Shown here one piece after another: positions 29,045 through 39,328 of a DNA stretch of 64,000 nt; position 1 is the first letter of the stretch, and every line of letters begins with the position of its first letter. This stretch comes from Myxococcota bacterium. Lineage in GTDB: Bacteria; Myxococcota_A; UBA796; GCA-2862545. Location: the NCBI GenBank assembly GCA_039208735.1, contig JBCCQY010000034.1, forward strand, positions 1 to 64,000. Reading direction: 5' to 3'. The notes below the pieces were generated by a model, which was not told the origin of the DNA, searched no databases, and saw only the letters and a program-made list of their open reading frames with translations. The position numbers and the translations under genes were made by a program.

Positions 29045-30406
29045 CTAGCGGCTCGCGGCCACCCGAGGACGTTGCAGCGACGTTGCATGGGCGATGTCTG
29101 AGAGATCCGGAATCCAAACTCGGAACGTCGACCCCTCACCCAGCGTTGACGAAACATCAATTCCGCCCTGCATCATCTTGGCAAAGTGACGCGAGATCGT
29201 CAGACCAAGGCCCGTACCCCCATGTCGACGTCGACTCGAGTTGTCGGCTTGCTCAAAGGGACGGAACAGACGATCGATCTGGTCCGATGGAATACCAATG
29301 CCGGTGTCGGAAATGGCAATTCCAAGCCGGCCGCCTGCGTTGTCGACCTTGACGACGATTCGCCCATTCTCGGTGAACTTAGCGGCGTTCGAAAGAAGGT
29401 TCAGCAGGATTTGGCGCACTTTCCGCCGGTCGAGCCACAGCAGGGGCAGCGTTGAATCTACGTCGACGTGGATGGTCGTGTTTCGTTCTGTCGCCACCGG
29501 GCGAATGGTCTGTATGGACTCCTGGATGAGGCCGGGTACGTCGACCAGTTCAAGGTCAAGATGCATCTGTCCGGCTTCGATTTTCGACATGTCAAGGACG
29601 TCGTTCACCAACGACAACAGGTGCGTGCCTGACCGGTGGATTCGTTCGACATCTTCGTGCTCGGCTGTCGAGGCGAGATCCTCGAGCAACAGCTCCGAAT
29701 AGCCGAGAATCGCGTTGAGTGGTGTACGAAGCTCATGCGACATCGTGGCCAGAAAACGGCTTTTGGCCTGACTTGCCGCATCGGCCTCCCGGACGGACTG
29801 TTCGAGGAGTATCTGATTTTCAGCTAGCGACTTTGCTTGCTGTCGAGCTCGGGCCGCCTCATCCCGAAGCCGGCCGACCACCCAGCTCACGACAAAACCG
29901 ATCATGGAGGTCTGGGCGATTGTCACTGCCACAAGAATGGTGAAGGGGTCCGCATCAAGGATGAACCATTCATCGCTCGAACCCAACCCATAGACCGCAA
30001 GTTGAACGGCGATGGCCCATCCGGTCAAGAACAACCCGACGTTGCGGCCGAGCATCAACGCGCCCATCAGGGCGAAAAGAACGAAGATCGGGGGCAAACC
30101 AAGGTCGTATCCACCGGCCATGAAGCTTAGCGGAGTGACGGCCAGCACGAGCGTTCCTACCGGAAGCCATGCCGCGGCTCCCACCGCACCCCGATGCAAC
30201 AGCGCCTTGGACGCAAGCAGGATCACGAACACCGGCAACAGGGTCAGGGTCGCCATCCGAAGCTGCGGCGTGGTCAGGTAGAGAACAGACAATAGTGAGA
30301 GGAAGCCCAGTCCCAATACGAGCGTGAAGTTGATGACCGCCGCGCGTTCGTTGAGTTCAGGGTCGTCGAACCGCGGACCTCTTAGCCAGTCGAGCAGTGC
30401 GTTCAT
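29045..30406 (-). CDS. Membrane sensor histidine kinase
   Basis: FLATMSHELRTPL, NLLSNAAKFT, DTGIG, GGTGLGL. Confidence 0.93.
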   Translation of the reverse strand: MNALLDWLRGPRFDDPELNERAAVINFTLVLGLGFLSLLSVLYLTTPQLRMATLTLLPVFVILLASKALLHRGAVGAAAWLPVGTLVLAVTPLSFMAGGYDLGLPPIFVLFALMGALMLGRNVGLFLTGWAIAVQLAVYGLGSSDEWFILDADPFTILVAVTIAQTSMIGFVVSWVVGRLRDEAARARQQAKSLAENQILLEQSVREADAASQAKSRFLATMSHELRTPLNAILGYSELLLEDLASTAEHEDVERIHRSGTHLLSLVNDVLDMSKIEAGQMHLDLELVDVPGLIQESIQTIRPVATERNTTIHVDVDSTLPLLWLDRRKVRQILLNLLSNAAKFTENGRIVVKVDNAGGRLGIAISDTGIGIPSDQIDRLFRPFEQADNSSRRRHGGTGLGLTISRHFAKMMQGGIDVSSTLGEGSTFRVWIPDLSDIAHATSLQRPRVAASR

Positions 30407-30473
30407 AGGCGTCCCCGGACCACTGGCCCATTGAAGGTCGTGGGTTCAATGTATTCCACCCAGACCCGATGGA

Positions 30474-31520
30474 TCACGCGACCGGCACCTCGACCCAACG
30501 CATTCCAGACTCCTCTGCGCTCACGCCGCCAAGACGCTCCGCAAGGCGCTCCACCACCGTACCCGCGATGTCTGCGGTAGGGGTGTCGAGGGACGTCGGT
30601 GCCTCAAGACGCAGCCAACCCGAACGGGGCTGACTGGCAGCCAGCGTGACCCCCTTCCTGTCCGAACTCTCGACCAGGGAGACGACAAGTAGACGGAGCA
30701 CGTCGACATCGAGCGTCGCCGACATTCCGGGGTGGATCGTGCTCGCAACTGAAGTACCCGCGTCGATCGCCGCGGAGGTCACCTCATCGTTCAACACCAC
30801 CACCCTCGGGGCCAGGGTCACGCGTTCCGCCTCGATCCGTGCCAAATCCAAGACCCGATTGACCCGCCCAAGTAGCCGGCGTGCCGCATGCTCGATGCGA
30901 TCGAGATCGGCAACCTCATCCACGGCACCGGCATCTTCGGCTTCGTCGCGAAGCAGATCGGCGTAGCCAAGGACCGCATTCAGGGGTGTACGCAGATCGT
31001 GAGAGCAGTTGGCAAGCAAGCGACTCTTCGCGAGGTTGAAGCTGCAGACAGCGACCAGCGCAACGAACAGCGCGCCGGTGAGGCTCATTCCAACACTGCT
31101 CTGGGCTCCACCGAGGGGAGCGTCGAGGAACCATCCGATTAGCGTCGTCGTGACCATGACCAACCCGAGGCTTAGGGCGCCGAGCCGTGCTCCTCCGGCC
31201 AGCGCCCCAACGACGGGTACAAGAGCCACGTACACCGTCGTGGAACCCGCGAGCCCGCTTTCAAGCACTCCGAACACCGTCGCGACGCCACTCACGGCGG
31301 TCAGCCACACCGCAGCGACGGCAACCCTGCCAAACCACACCAGCACGGGCGCTCCAACGCACAAGGCGGCGGCTAGTCCGTTGATGAGGGCCAGATCCCA
31401 ACGCCCTCTCGCCATTTGCCCACCGGCGAGCACGACTGACAATACCGTCGCGAGGAGCCCAAAGGTCTGAACGAAGCTCGCCCTCCGCTGTTCAACAGCC
31501 TGCCCTCCCGATGGCCTCAC
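30474..31520 (-). CDS. Histidine kinase-like membrane protein with HisKA domain and degenerate ATPase domain
   Basis: LLANCSHDLRTPLNAVLGY present; N, G1 and G2 boxes absent; GTGA overlap with the upstream kinase. Confidence 0.8.
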   Translation of the reverse strand: MRPSGGQAVEQRRASFVQTFGLLATVLSVVLAGGQMARGRWDLALINGLAAALCVGAPVLVWFGRVAVAAVWLTAVSGVATVFGVLESGLAGSTTVYVALVPVVGALAGGARLGALSLGLVMVTTTLIGWFLDAPLGGAQSSVGMSLTGALFVALVAVCSFNLAKSRLLANCSHDLRTPLNAVLGYADLLRDEAEDAGAVDEVADLDRIEHAARRLLGRVNRVLDLARIEAERVTLAPRVVVLNDEVTSAAIDAGTSVASTIHPGMSATLDVDVLRLLVVSLVESSDRKGVTLAASQPRSGWLRLEAPTSLDTPTADIAGTVVERLAERLGGVSAEESGMRWVEVPVA

Positions 31521-32832
31521 GCAGCCCCCGCCTGGGTCGACGCTTCGACTCCACCTGGGATCTCGAAGAAGAACCTCGTTCCGCGACTAGGCTCCGAATC
31601 TACCGCGATCCGTCCGCCCATCGCTCGCACGAGCCGATCGCAGATGGCGAGGCCAAGTCCGGTACCGCCATAGTGCTTCGCGGTGTCTTCGGTAGCCTGT
31701 TCAAACCCGTGAAACACGCGTCGCTGTTGCTCTTCGGTCATCCCAATTCCGGTGTCCTCGACCTCGAACCGGAGCCATCCTTCGGGCAAAGCCATCAATC
31801 GCAGCGTGATGCTATCGTTTTCGGTGAATTTGCACGCGTTGCCAAGGAGGTTGATGAGCACCTGCCGGATGCGTCCTTCATCGAGCAACGGCACATAAGG
31901 CAGCGGCTCGAATTCCACGACAAAGCGATTGCCACGACGCTTGGCGAGTGGCTCGACAGTCGCTCGAAGTTCGCCTTCGAGTCCGTCCAATTCAATGGGC
32001 CCCGGACTCATCACCACCTCGCCGGACCCGAGTTGAGCCACATCGAGGATGTCGTTGAGGATGGCAAGGAGTCCCTGCGAGGCGAGTCGAATCCGATCGA
32101 GGTCGGCAAGGTCGGCCTCTCGGGCCCGTCCCGCATCCCCCGACTCCTCCGCCAACACTTCGGTGTAGCCGACAACCGTGGTTAGCGGCGTGCGAAGCTG
32201 GTGCGACATCATCGCGAGAAACGCATCCTTTGCTTCGTTGGCCCGTTGAGCCGCCGTCTCCGCCTCGCTTACGTTCGCCGTGAGTTCATCGGCGATGTAG
32301 ACCGAGCCGATCGCGAGCCCACCGATAAGCACGATGAGGGCGAGGTTCGACAGGACCTCGAGGGGAGCCAGGTAGGGACCGAGCGCCACCGGAACCTCGA
32401 GCGGGGCGGCGACGGTGAAGGCGATCCAGGTCAACGCGAGCACGATCAGCCACGACAATCCGCCACGCAAGCCGCGTGTCAGCGTCACCGCCCAGGCCAA
32501 CGTGCTTAGCCACAAAAGCGATGGACCGAGGTGACCACCAGTGACGTAGGCGGTCGACGTCACCGTCACATAGACCGAAGCACAAAGGGCATGGGCGGCA
32601 AATGCAAGCCGACCTTGCCGCAACCAGCGCTCGGCCAACAAGAGCGGCAAAAGGCCGAGCCACTGGGTCAAAGCAAGAAGGGGTAACCCAACCCAAAGGT
32701 GGAAAATCGTAAACGGTAACGTTGCGAAGGGGGCCAATCGCACTGCATCGTGAACGACGGCAGCACGCCGGCGTCGATCGGATCATCATAGGGCAGCCCC
32801 TTCGGCGCCACCAGGGCAAGCAAAGACCGCAT
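31517..32832 (-). CDS. Membrane sensor histidine kinase with an apparent 1-nt frameshift near 32773 (intact frame 31517-32743)
   Basis: MMSHQLRTPL, NLLGNACKFT, DTGIG, GGTGLGL; N-terminus MRSLLALVAPKGLPYDDPID sits in a neighbouring frame. Confidence 0.85.
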
Positions 32833-33071
32833 GCGTCATCGTAGCGCCGCTTCCCTGTGGGCGGCGAGCTGAAGGCCTGGCTCTCGACGACTCTGCCTGG
32901 CTCGTACGAAAACAAGTCACTTCGACGCCTGGCTCTGGGGCAGGCCCATCGAAGGATCGAATTCTTCCCTCGAGGCGGTCATCCGCCGCCAAACCTGCGC
33001 GCGGTCGCAAGTCGTGAACAAGCGCCCATCACCCTACGGTAGACACGGCGCCCCATAGCAAGCCTCATCGT

Positions 33072-35381
33072 TCACCCACCGTAGTTCGCGCGAATCGTGT
33101 CGTAGACCGAGCTGAATTCTGGCACATGGGCGATCTGTAAGTCCGGTGCGCTGCTCCCAGCCGTCATAAGCGTCACGTTGCCGTTCCCAAAAATCTTCCC
33201 AAGCGCACCTTGGTTCTTTTGGAGGGAGTCAATGCGGTTGCAGAGCACCGAGGTGGCGCGCCGGAATAGAATCCCATCCCGACGGACCACCCGATCCGAC
33301 TCAATCGCATAGCGCCGCACGACCACGCTCCACCAGGCAAAGGGCAAGCCAAAGAGGATTGGGAAGAACAGGATTCCGACGAGGCCCAGCGGCACAACCG
33401 TGTTTGCCGGCGAGGGGCGAGCGATCTGCAGCACGTCATCGTCTTGTGCATGGGTGCCGAGGATGGCGTCCGCTCCGATCTTCCCGAGGAGGAGGGCATC
33501 CATCGCGTCGACCCTGGCGGCGATGTCCTCGATGTAGGCTCCGCTGACGATGTAGGGACGCTTCACCGAGCCTCCCTGGCCCGTCGGCATCTGCTGCTCG
33601 CCCGCCACGTAGACCGAGAACCGGCCTTGGTCGGTGAATGGAACGGCGACCGTCTCGACCTTCTTGATGTCGTCGTAGCGCGCGTAGGTGTGGCTACGGA
33701 AGACGATGCCGGTCTTTACCTCCAGGTGGGCGTCGTGAAACGTGACGTCCTGCCGCTGCACCCGCCAGGCGGTGATCACGGCAGAAAGAACGAGGATGAC
33801 AACCCAGGGCAGCGCGGCGAGCAGAGCCAGTGGCTCGGACGTGATGGCGACGATCACACAAAGCAGGATGACGATGAGCATCAAACTCACGAGAACCACA
33901 TTCTGGATGAGCCACGTGATGAGACTAAAGGATTGACCAAGTCGGCCCTGAACCGGGTCTCCCGCTGGAATACCGCACTGACGCAGCAACGCCGGCAGGT
34001 TGAGTTCGTGAGCGTTGATCGCCTCAAGCACAAGAGGCCTTGGGGCCCCAATGGACCAGATGGCCACCGTGAGCGTGCCCATCCAATCATCGAACGGCGT
34101 TCGAGAAACCTGCACGCCGGTGACCTTGTCGTAGGCGAAGGTCTGTTGGCTTGCGCCCACGAAGCTGTAGTCGCTTGCCATCGAGTTGGGCCCGATGCGA
34201 TACGTGGTGCGGGACGCGCGGATGAAGACGGACACGGCACCGATCAAGAACACCGGAAAGATGAGCAGCGCGGGCAGGAGACCGACCAACAGACGAGGGA
34301 AATTCATCTGGAGGTCGGCCGTCCACACATCTTCTGGGGCCACCACCGGAGCTGCGGGCGCAACACGGCGAGGCTCTCCTGGGACGTCAGCGCGGGCCTT
34401 GGGCGCTCGTGCCGTGATCTTGGGCAGGTGTTGGGCCTCTGACACGAGCGTCGCAATCGCCGCTTTGAGTTCAGGCCCGCGAGAGAGCTTGCGAAACAAG
34501 ATCTCGCTTCCGCTACCCTGGCAGCTCACACGGACGTCGTACAATCCGAGGAGCTGGTCGACGAATGTCCGCTGGGTGCTCGCGTCGGCGATGTTTTCGA
34601 ACGGGATGAAGGCATTGTCTCGGGTGAGGAAACCCTCGGTATACTCCACGGTATCGTCGTAGACGGTGTAGGTTCGCCGCGTGAGATCGAGGTAGCGCAC
34701 CACGAGGCCGCCGAGAGACAAGATGGCAGATCCGGCGGCGAGAACCAGGCCCAGCCCTCCAATCAACGTCGGTGCTGCCTCGATCAGCACGGAAATCAGC
34801 CCGCTAAGAAAGAACGCGAGGGTGACCGCCACCCCCAGGGCCGTCTGCACCACGTCAGTGGCAGCGCCGATGATGGTCGGAGACTCTTGGTGAAGGGTCT
34901 CTGAGCGCGTCAGCCGATAGCCGTTGGCCTGCATGAGGGATCGAACTTCTTCGTAGACCTGGATTGGCTCAGTGATGGCCTCGAACGTGATTTCGGCGCC
35001 AGCGCTCCCGGCGGATTCGACCCGCACTTCTCCGATGCGGAAGAGCTGATACCGGAGCCAGGGGAGGCGAATGCGCACATGCGTGATGTTGCGCACATCG
35101 AGTTCGGTGCGCCCATCCGAGAACAGCCCCCCGTGTATCGCAACAAGGTGGTCGGGATGCAGCTCGTAGCGCTCTTTCGTGTAGGCGACGTACGCGCCGT
35201 AGAACATGGGGAGCACCATCAGCCACACCAAGGGAATGGCGAGCAGTAGTGCTGATACATCAGAGGCCATGCTTCCAATTACGAAGCCGAGGGTGACGAC
35301 GACAGCGAACACCAGCGTGGCGACGATGCGCGGGAAGAGGAATGCGGTGCGAACTGGACGGAGGGTGCGCGGGGCCGACAT
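33072..35381 (-). CDS. Membrane protein with repeated bacterial PH (bPH_2) domains
   Basis: Repeated TM pairs followed by motifs such as RYAIESDRVVRRDGIL...RIDSLQKNQGALGKIFGNGNVTLMTAGS; GGAG RBS. Confidence 0.85.
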   Translation of the reverse strand: MSAPRTLRPVRTAFLFPRIVATLVFAVVVTLGFVIGSMASDVSALLLAIPLVWLMVLPMFYGAYVAYTKERYELHPDHLVAIHGGLFSDGRTELDVRNITHVRIRLPWLRYQLFRIGEVRVESAGSAGAEITFEAITEPIQVYEEVRSLMQANGYRLTRSETLHQESPTIIGAATDVVQTALGVAVTLAFFLSGLISVLIEAAPTLIGGLGLVLAAGSAILSLGGLVVRYLDLTRRTYTVYDDTVEYTEGFLTRDNAFIPFENIADASTQRTFVDQLLGLYDVRVSCQGSGSEILFRKLSRGPELKAAIATLVSEAQHLPKITARAPKARADVPGEPRRVAPAAPVVAPEDVWTADLQMNFPRLLVGLLPALLIFPVFLIGAVSVFIRASRTTYRIGPNSMASDYSFVGASQQTFAYDKVTGVQVSRTPFDDWMGTLTVAIWSIGAPRPLVLEAINAHELNLPALLRQCGIPAGDPVQGRLGQSFSLITWLIQNVVLVSLMLIVILLCVIVAITSEPLALLAALPWVVILVLSAVITAWRVQRQDVTFHDAHLEVKTGIVFRSHTYARYDDIKKVETVAVPFTDQGRFSVYVAGEQQMPTGQGGSVKRPYIVSGAYIEDIAARVDAMDALLLGKIGADAILGTHAQDDDVLQIARPSPANTVVPLGLVGILFFPILFGLPFAWWSVVVRRYAIESDRVVRRDGILFRRATSVLCNRIDSLQKNQGALGKIFGNGNVTLMTAGSSAPDLQIAHVPEFSSVYDTIRANYGG

Positions 35382-35506
35382 AGGAGTCTCCGGGACGAGG
35401 AAACTCTAGCAAGGGGCTACACGGCAGCCGACTGAGACGGCGTCCACACAAGGTCCGTGTTTCATTCATCGCGGGTTGACACCGGCGGCCTAGCTTCGGA
35501 CCGGAG

Positions 35507-35878
35507 GTGATCGTGGTGGAATCCGAACGATTCATCGTGGGAGGTCTACAGGCCCTGGCATTGGTGGTTTTATGCTTGGGAGCAAACGTCTGGCTTGCGG
35601 TGGTGGCTCCCACGGCCCTCTTGGGGACCGCACTTCTGAGCTTCGGCGCTGGCGCAGCTCCCGGCGCCGGTCAGGACGGGCTCCAATGGCTCGTGTGGGG
35701 CGGCGCGGGGGCCCTCATAGCTTGGCTGGTTGGTGTGATCTTGTTTGTGCTGGATGCGATACTTCGAGGGCCCGTCGCCGTTCGCATGCTCCTTCTGGGG
35801 ATATCGGCGCTTGGCGGCGCTGTTCCGCTCCTGGTGGGGTCGATGATTGGCGTCATATACGCTGCGATAGCGTTGTAG
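35507..35878 (+). CDS. Small hypothetical membrane protein (3 TM)
   Basis: GGAGG near start; strongly hydrophobic 123 aa. Confidence 0.65.
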   Translation: MIVVESERFIVGGLQALALVVLCLGANVWLAVVAPTALLGTALLSFGAGAAPGAGQDGLQWLVWGGAGALIAWLVGVILFVLDAILRGPVAVRMLLLGISALGGAVPLLVGSMIGVIYAAIAL

Positions 35879-35964
35879 ACGGCTTGGGCCTTGAATAAGC
35901 GTTGGGCGGGGCAAGGATGGGTTCGCCCATACCCGCCGCCGTTAGCTCGCGACCGGAACACCCC

Positions 35965-36891
35965 TTAGAACGGTGCGAAGCTTCCCGTCGCATCCGGCAT
36001 CGATGTCCAGCGTTCCTGAGCATCTCGTGGTTCGACCGCACCGCGCGGGGGCATCTGGCCGGAATCTCCGTAGAGCCACAGCACCAAGTTGGAGCGGCTT
36101 CCTTGGGTGATGGGGTGCGTTGCATGAGGGACGGTGCCCCGATGCATGGCGGCGACACCAGGCTCGAAGATCAGAGGGGTGACCTGACGCATTGTGGGGT
36201 CGAAGAAGTCGACTTGTGACCCTTCGTACCGTTCATCCGGAAGGTTCACGTTGACGTTCAACGTCACCGAGGACGCGTCAGTATGGGGCTGGAGCGAAGC
36301 GTCGGTGTTGGGCTCGTAGCGGATCGAGAAGCCGAAGGTCTGCGAGTCGTAGCCGAAGACCTCGGGAAACAGCAAGCGGGCGATCGGCCGCATGGCATGG
36401 TGGATCAAGGCCGCGTAGAGGTCCTGGAAAGCTGGGGCCGCGAGATAGCCCTCCGAGCGCCGATCCAGCATCGCGCCACCCCGGTTGAGCGCAATCCCGT
36501 AAGGCGGTCGCAGAGGGATGTTGGCGTCGGCCACCTGGTCCAGGTAGTCGCGGAGCGCGCTTAGGCGCTCGGGGTCAAAGAACGGGGCGACGAACACGCC
36601 GGGACAGCGTTTCGCCCACAACGCGCGAACGCCTTCCTCATGGGAGGGATCTTGCCATGCGTTCTCAAGGGCGCTCGCCAGTTTCGGGTCGAGCAGGGTC
36701 AACGGAGGCGGGAGGGTCGGTGCGCCCGACTGCTTTTCCCACTGCTCCCACGCCTCGGCCAGCAACACTCGGTTTTCGTTCCAGAATCGAGACACGGACG
36801 GCGCCCGGCGGAGCATGGCCTCGCGAGAGGGAAGGTCGAGAGCGCGGGCTTTTAGGAGCGCGTTGGCAGACATGTCGAGGGTCCTTTGCAT
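35965..36891 (-). CDS. 2OG-Fe(II) oxygenase (lysyl-hydroxylase-like C-terminal domain)
   Basis: PHTDASSVTLNVN (HxD), HATHPITQGSRSNLVLW (H...R); GAGG RBS before ATG 36891. Confidence 0.88.
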   Translation of the reverse strand: MQRTLDMSANALLKARALDLPSREAMLRRAPSVSRFWNENRVLLAEAWEQWEKQSGAPTLPPPLTLLDPKLASALENAWQDPSHEEGVRALWAKRCPGVFVAPFFDPERLSALRDYLDQVADANIPLRPPYGIALNRGGAMLDRRSEGYLAAPAFQDLYAALIHHAMRPIARLLFPEVFGYDSQTFGFSIRYEPNTDASLQPHTDASSVTLNVNVNLPDERYEGSQVDFFDPTMRQVTPLIFEPGVAAMHRGTVPHATHPITQGSRSNLVLWLYGDSGQMPPRGAVEPRDAQERWTSMPDATGSFAPF

Positions 36892-37029
36892 TGACCTCTT
36901 GAAGCTAGGTCCGCGGGAGCCGAGGCCAACGGAACCGTATGATGAAACACTTTCAACCCTGGGTTGAAAATCTGCCCTATCCCGCACCTTGGGACGATTT
37001 CTGGCTCAGTTTGGGGCTAGAGGCCGGTC

Positions 37030-38154
37030 ATGAATCCACAAGCATTTCTGGCCCAAATTGCAAAGCACCCCACGCCTGACCAATGGCGGGTACTGGCAGA
37101 TCTCTTAGCTGGAAGAGGTGATATTCGCGGTCCACTCTTGAACGCACAGCTCGGCGACTCTCTGACACTAGAGCAGATTCGGGCCCATCGTGCGGAGTTG
37201 CTCGGTCCGTTCGGGGTTGAGGCTGCCGTGCCCGAACGACCGTCGGGCACGCAGAAGGGTCTAGCGGCGCTCGTGGCGAGGGCTAGCGAGCCAGCTAACG
37301 AGCAAACCCCGTCGACTGAACCTGGTTTTGCACCTTGTTTGTTGCACGAGGATTGGTTTGGCGGCTTCCTCATCGAAGCAACGTTGGCAAGAGCGAATGG
37401 AACCTCTCCTCCGCTCGAGGAACTCCTGGACGTGCTGCTCGACCAGCCCGCAGGCGTGGCCCTGCGACGCCTTGCCTTCGGGAGCCCGAGCCGCCACACC
37501 GACGCGCCGGTGGATTGGTCCCATGTGATGCGGGTCCTTGTCAAACGGGGCCCTCATCCTTGGTTAAAGGAATTGCGCATTGGACATCCGCGCGATCCGC
37601 TGGATCGCGCCGGACCGACCGGTTCATTGCAGGGATTAGCACAGGCGCTGCCCAACCTCGAACGGCTTCACATCCGCGATGCCGTTGTTTCGGACTTTGA
37701 TTTCGACGTACTGGCCCAACTGGTGAGTCTTGAAGCCAGAGTCGATCCAGGGACGGTGTGGCTCGAAGCGCTCAAACACCCCATGTCCAACCTCGAACAA
37801 TTGGTACTGGACCTTCCAGACTTCAAGGGTCCGTTTTCGACGCTAAGGGTCGTGCCCTTGCGATTTACCTCGCTGCGCTCCCTGACGTTGCAGCGATACG
37901 CACGGCCTAGGTTCCTCGGTGAGATCGTGGAGCACCCCATTCTCCCCCAACTGGACGTTCTGTCTGTGGCGAATTGCGAGATCGACGAAGAAGGAGTGGC
38001 GCCCCTCTTCGCTGACCCCGACGCATTTGGCCACCTCAAGGCCTTCGACCTATCCGGGAACCAACTCTCCGAAGACGTCGTCGACAACCTTGGTGCACTG
38101 TTTCCGGATGCTGACCTCAGCGACCAGGACTACTACGAAGAGATCATGGAATGA
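37030..38154 (+). CDS. TIGR02996-like N-terminus + leucine-rich-repeat protein
   Basis: FLAQIAKHP...VLADLLAGRGDIRG; C-terminal LDVLSVANCEI, LKAFDLSGNQLS. Confidence 0.75.
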   Translation: MNPQAFLAQIAKHPTPDQWRVLADLLAGRGDIRGPLLNAQLGDSLTLEQIRAHRAELLGPFGVEAAVPERPSGTQKGLAALVARASEPANEQTPSTEPGFAPCLLHEDWFGGFLIEATLARANGTSPPLEELLDVLLDQPAGVALRRLAFGSPSRHTDAPVDWSHVMRVLVKRGPHPWLKELRIGHPRDPLDRAGPTGSLQGLAQALPNLERLHIRDAVVSDFDFDVLAQLVSLEARVDPGTVWLEALKHPMSNLEQLVLDLPDFKGPFSTLRVVPLRFTSLRSLTLQRYARPRFLGEIVEHPILPQLDVLSVANCEIDEEGVAPLFADPDAFGHLKAFDLSGNQLSEDVVDNLGALFPDADLSDQDYYEEIME

Positions 38155-38166
38155 GCGCATGCCGGG

Positions 38167-39048
38167 TCATTCGACGGGCGAACGGGAACGACTCCCCCAT
38201 GCATACAACGCGATCGCTAGCCAGATCAGTCCAAAGGTTAGCCCCTGTGTCCAGGTGAAGGGTTCGTCATAGACCGCAACCGCCAACAGGAGTTGGAGTG
38301 TCGGCGTAGTGTACATCAGCAGGCCAACCGTCGTGTACGGAATCCGCCGTGCGCCAAACGCGAACAGAACCAAGGGTACCGCCGTGGCGATCCCCGAGAG
38401 GATCAGAAGGGCCGAGGTTCCGATTCCCTGGTTGATAAAGGCGTCGAACGGCGCAGGCGGCCGAAGAGCAAGCCACCCCAAAGCGATGGGGGTGGCAAGC
38501 AGCATTTCTCCACACAATCCGGGCAACGCCTCGGCTGGCGAAAGCTTTCGAATGAGGCCATACATGCCGAAACACATCGCAAGTACAAGTGAAACCCAGG
38601 GCAGTGCTCCGACCGCATAGAGCGGCACACTGACCCCCAAAAGGGCAATCGCAATGGCGATGGTCTGCATTGGCGTCGTGCGCTCTTTCAACACCACCGC
38701 GCCAAGCAAGGCATTGAGCAGCGGATTGATGTAGTAGCCGAGGCTGACTTCAGAGACCCGGTCATGGGTCACCCCCCACACGAAGGTGAGGCCATTGAGA
38801 GAAATGAAGAAGCTCGCAGCCAGCGTAAAGGCAAAGCGTCGGCGATCGGTGAAGAGGTTTGCGACCGAGTGAAGCTGACGGGTAGCGGCTAAGACGACTC
38901 CCGCAAAGATCGTCGTCCAGATGATGCGGTACGCAATGACATCGATCGCAGCCACATGGGACAGCTGCTTCCAGAACAAAGGCAACAAGCCCCAGATCAG
39001 AAAAGCCGAAAATGCAGAGACGAGACCAAGCCTGGAAGACGGGGGCAT
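38167..39048 (-). CDS. rarD: EamA family transporter RarD
   Basis: IWGLLPLFWK, IAYRIIWT, SLGYYINPL, VLKER, YGLIRK, LMYTTPTLQ; ATG 39048. Confidence 0.92.
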   Translation of the reverse strand: MPPSSRLGLVSAFSAFLIWGLLPLFWKQLSHVAAIDVIAYRIIWTTIFAGVVLAATRQLHSVANLFTDRRRFAFTLAASFFISLNGLTFVWGVTHDRVSEVSLGYYINPLLNALLGAVVLKERTTPMQTIAIAIALLGVSVPLYAVGALPWVSLVLAMCFGMYGLIRKLSPAEALPGLCGEMLLATPIALGWLALRPPAPFDAFINQGIGTSALLILSGIATAVPLVLFAFGARRIPYTTVGLLMYTTPTLQLLLAVAVYDEPFTWTQGLTFGLIWLAIALYAWGSRSRSPVE

Positions 39049-39328
39049 CGCGAGCGCCGTAACCCTCTTCCCCATTACGCTGCAGGTGGGTGAGCAAGAG
39101 GCCGTGGGGTGGGAAGGCCCGGTGCGCACGGTTTCCGTGGTCAATGCAGAGATTGCAGAAGTGGTACGGGTGACGGATTCGGAGACGAGCGGAACTCGAC
39201 CATCGGCCAAGTTGGGAAGCCGGTTTGGAATCAGAGGGAAAAAGGCGGGGACAACAGACATTCTCGTCGTTGACACCAAAGGAAATCCAACCTCCCTTGT
39301 CGTGACGGTCCTTGAACCGTCACCCTGA
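38921..39328 (+). CDS. Pilus-formation N-terminal-domain-like small protein (CpaC/RcpA N-domain type); start unresolved, possibly a fragment
   Basis: ITLQVGEQ...VRTVSVVNAEIAEV...IRGKKAGTTDILVVDTKG...LVVTV. Confidence 0.55.
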   Translation: MMRYAMTSIAATWDSCFQNKGNKPQIRKAENAETRPSLEDGGIASAVTLFPITLQVGEQEAVGWEGPVRTVSVVNAEIAEVVRVTDSETSGTRPSAKLGSRFGIRGKKAGTTDILVVDTKGNPTSLVVTVLEPSP

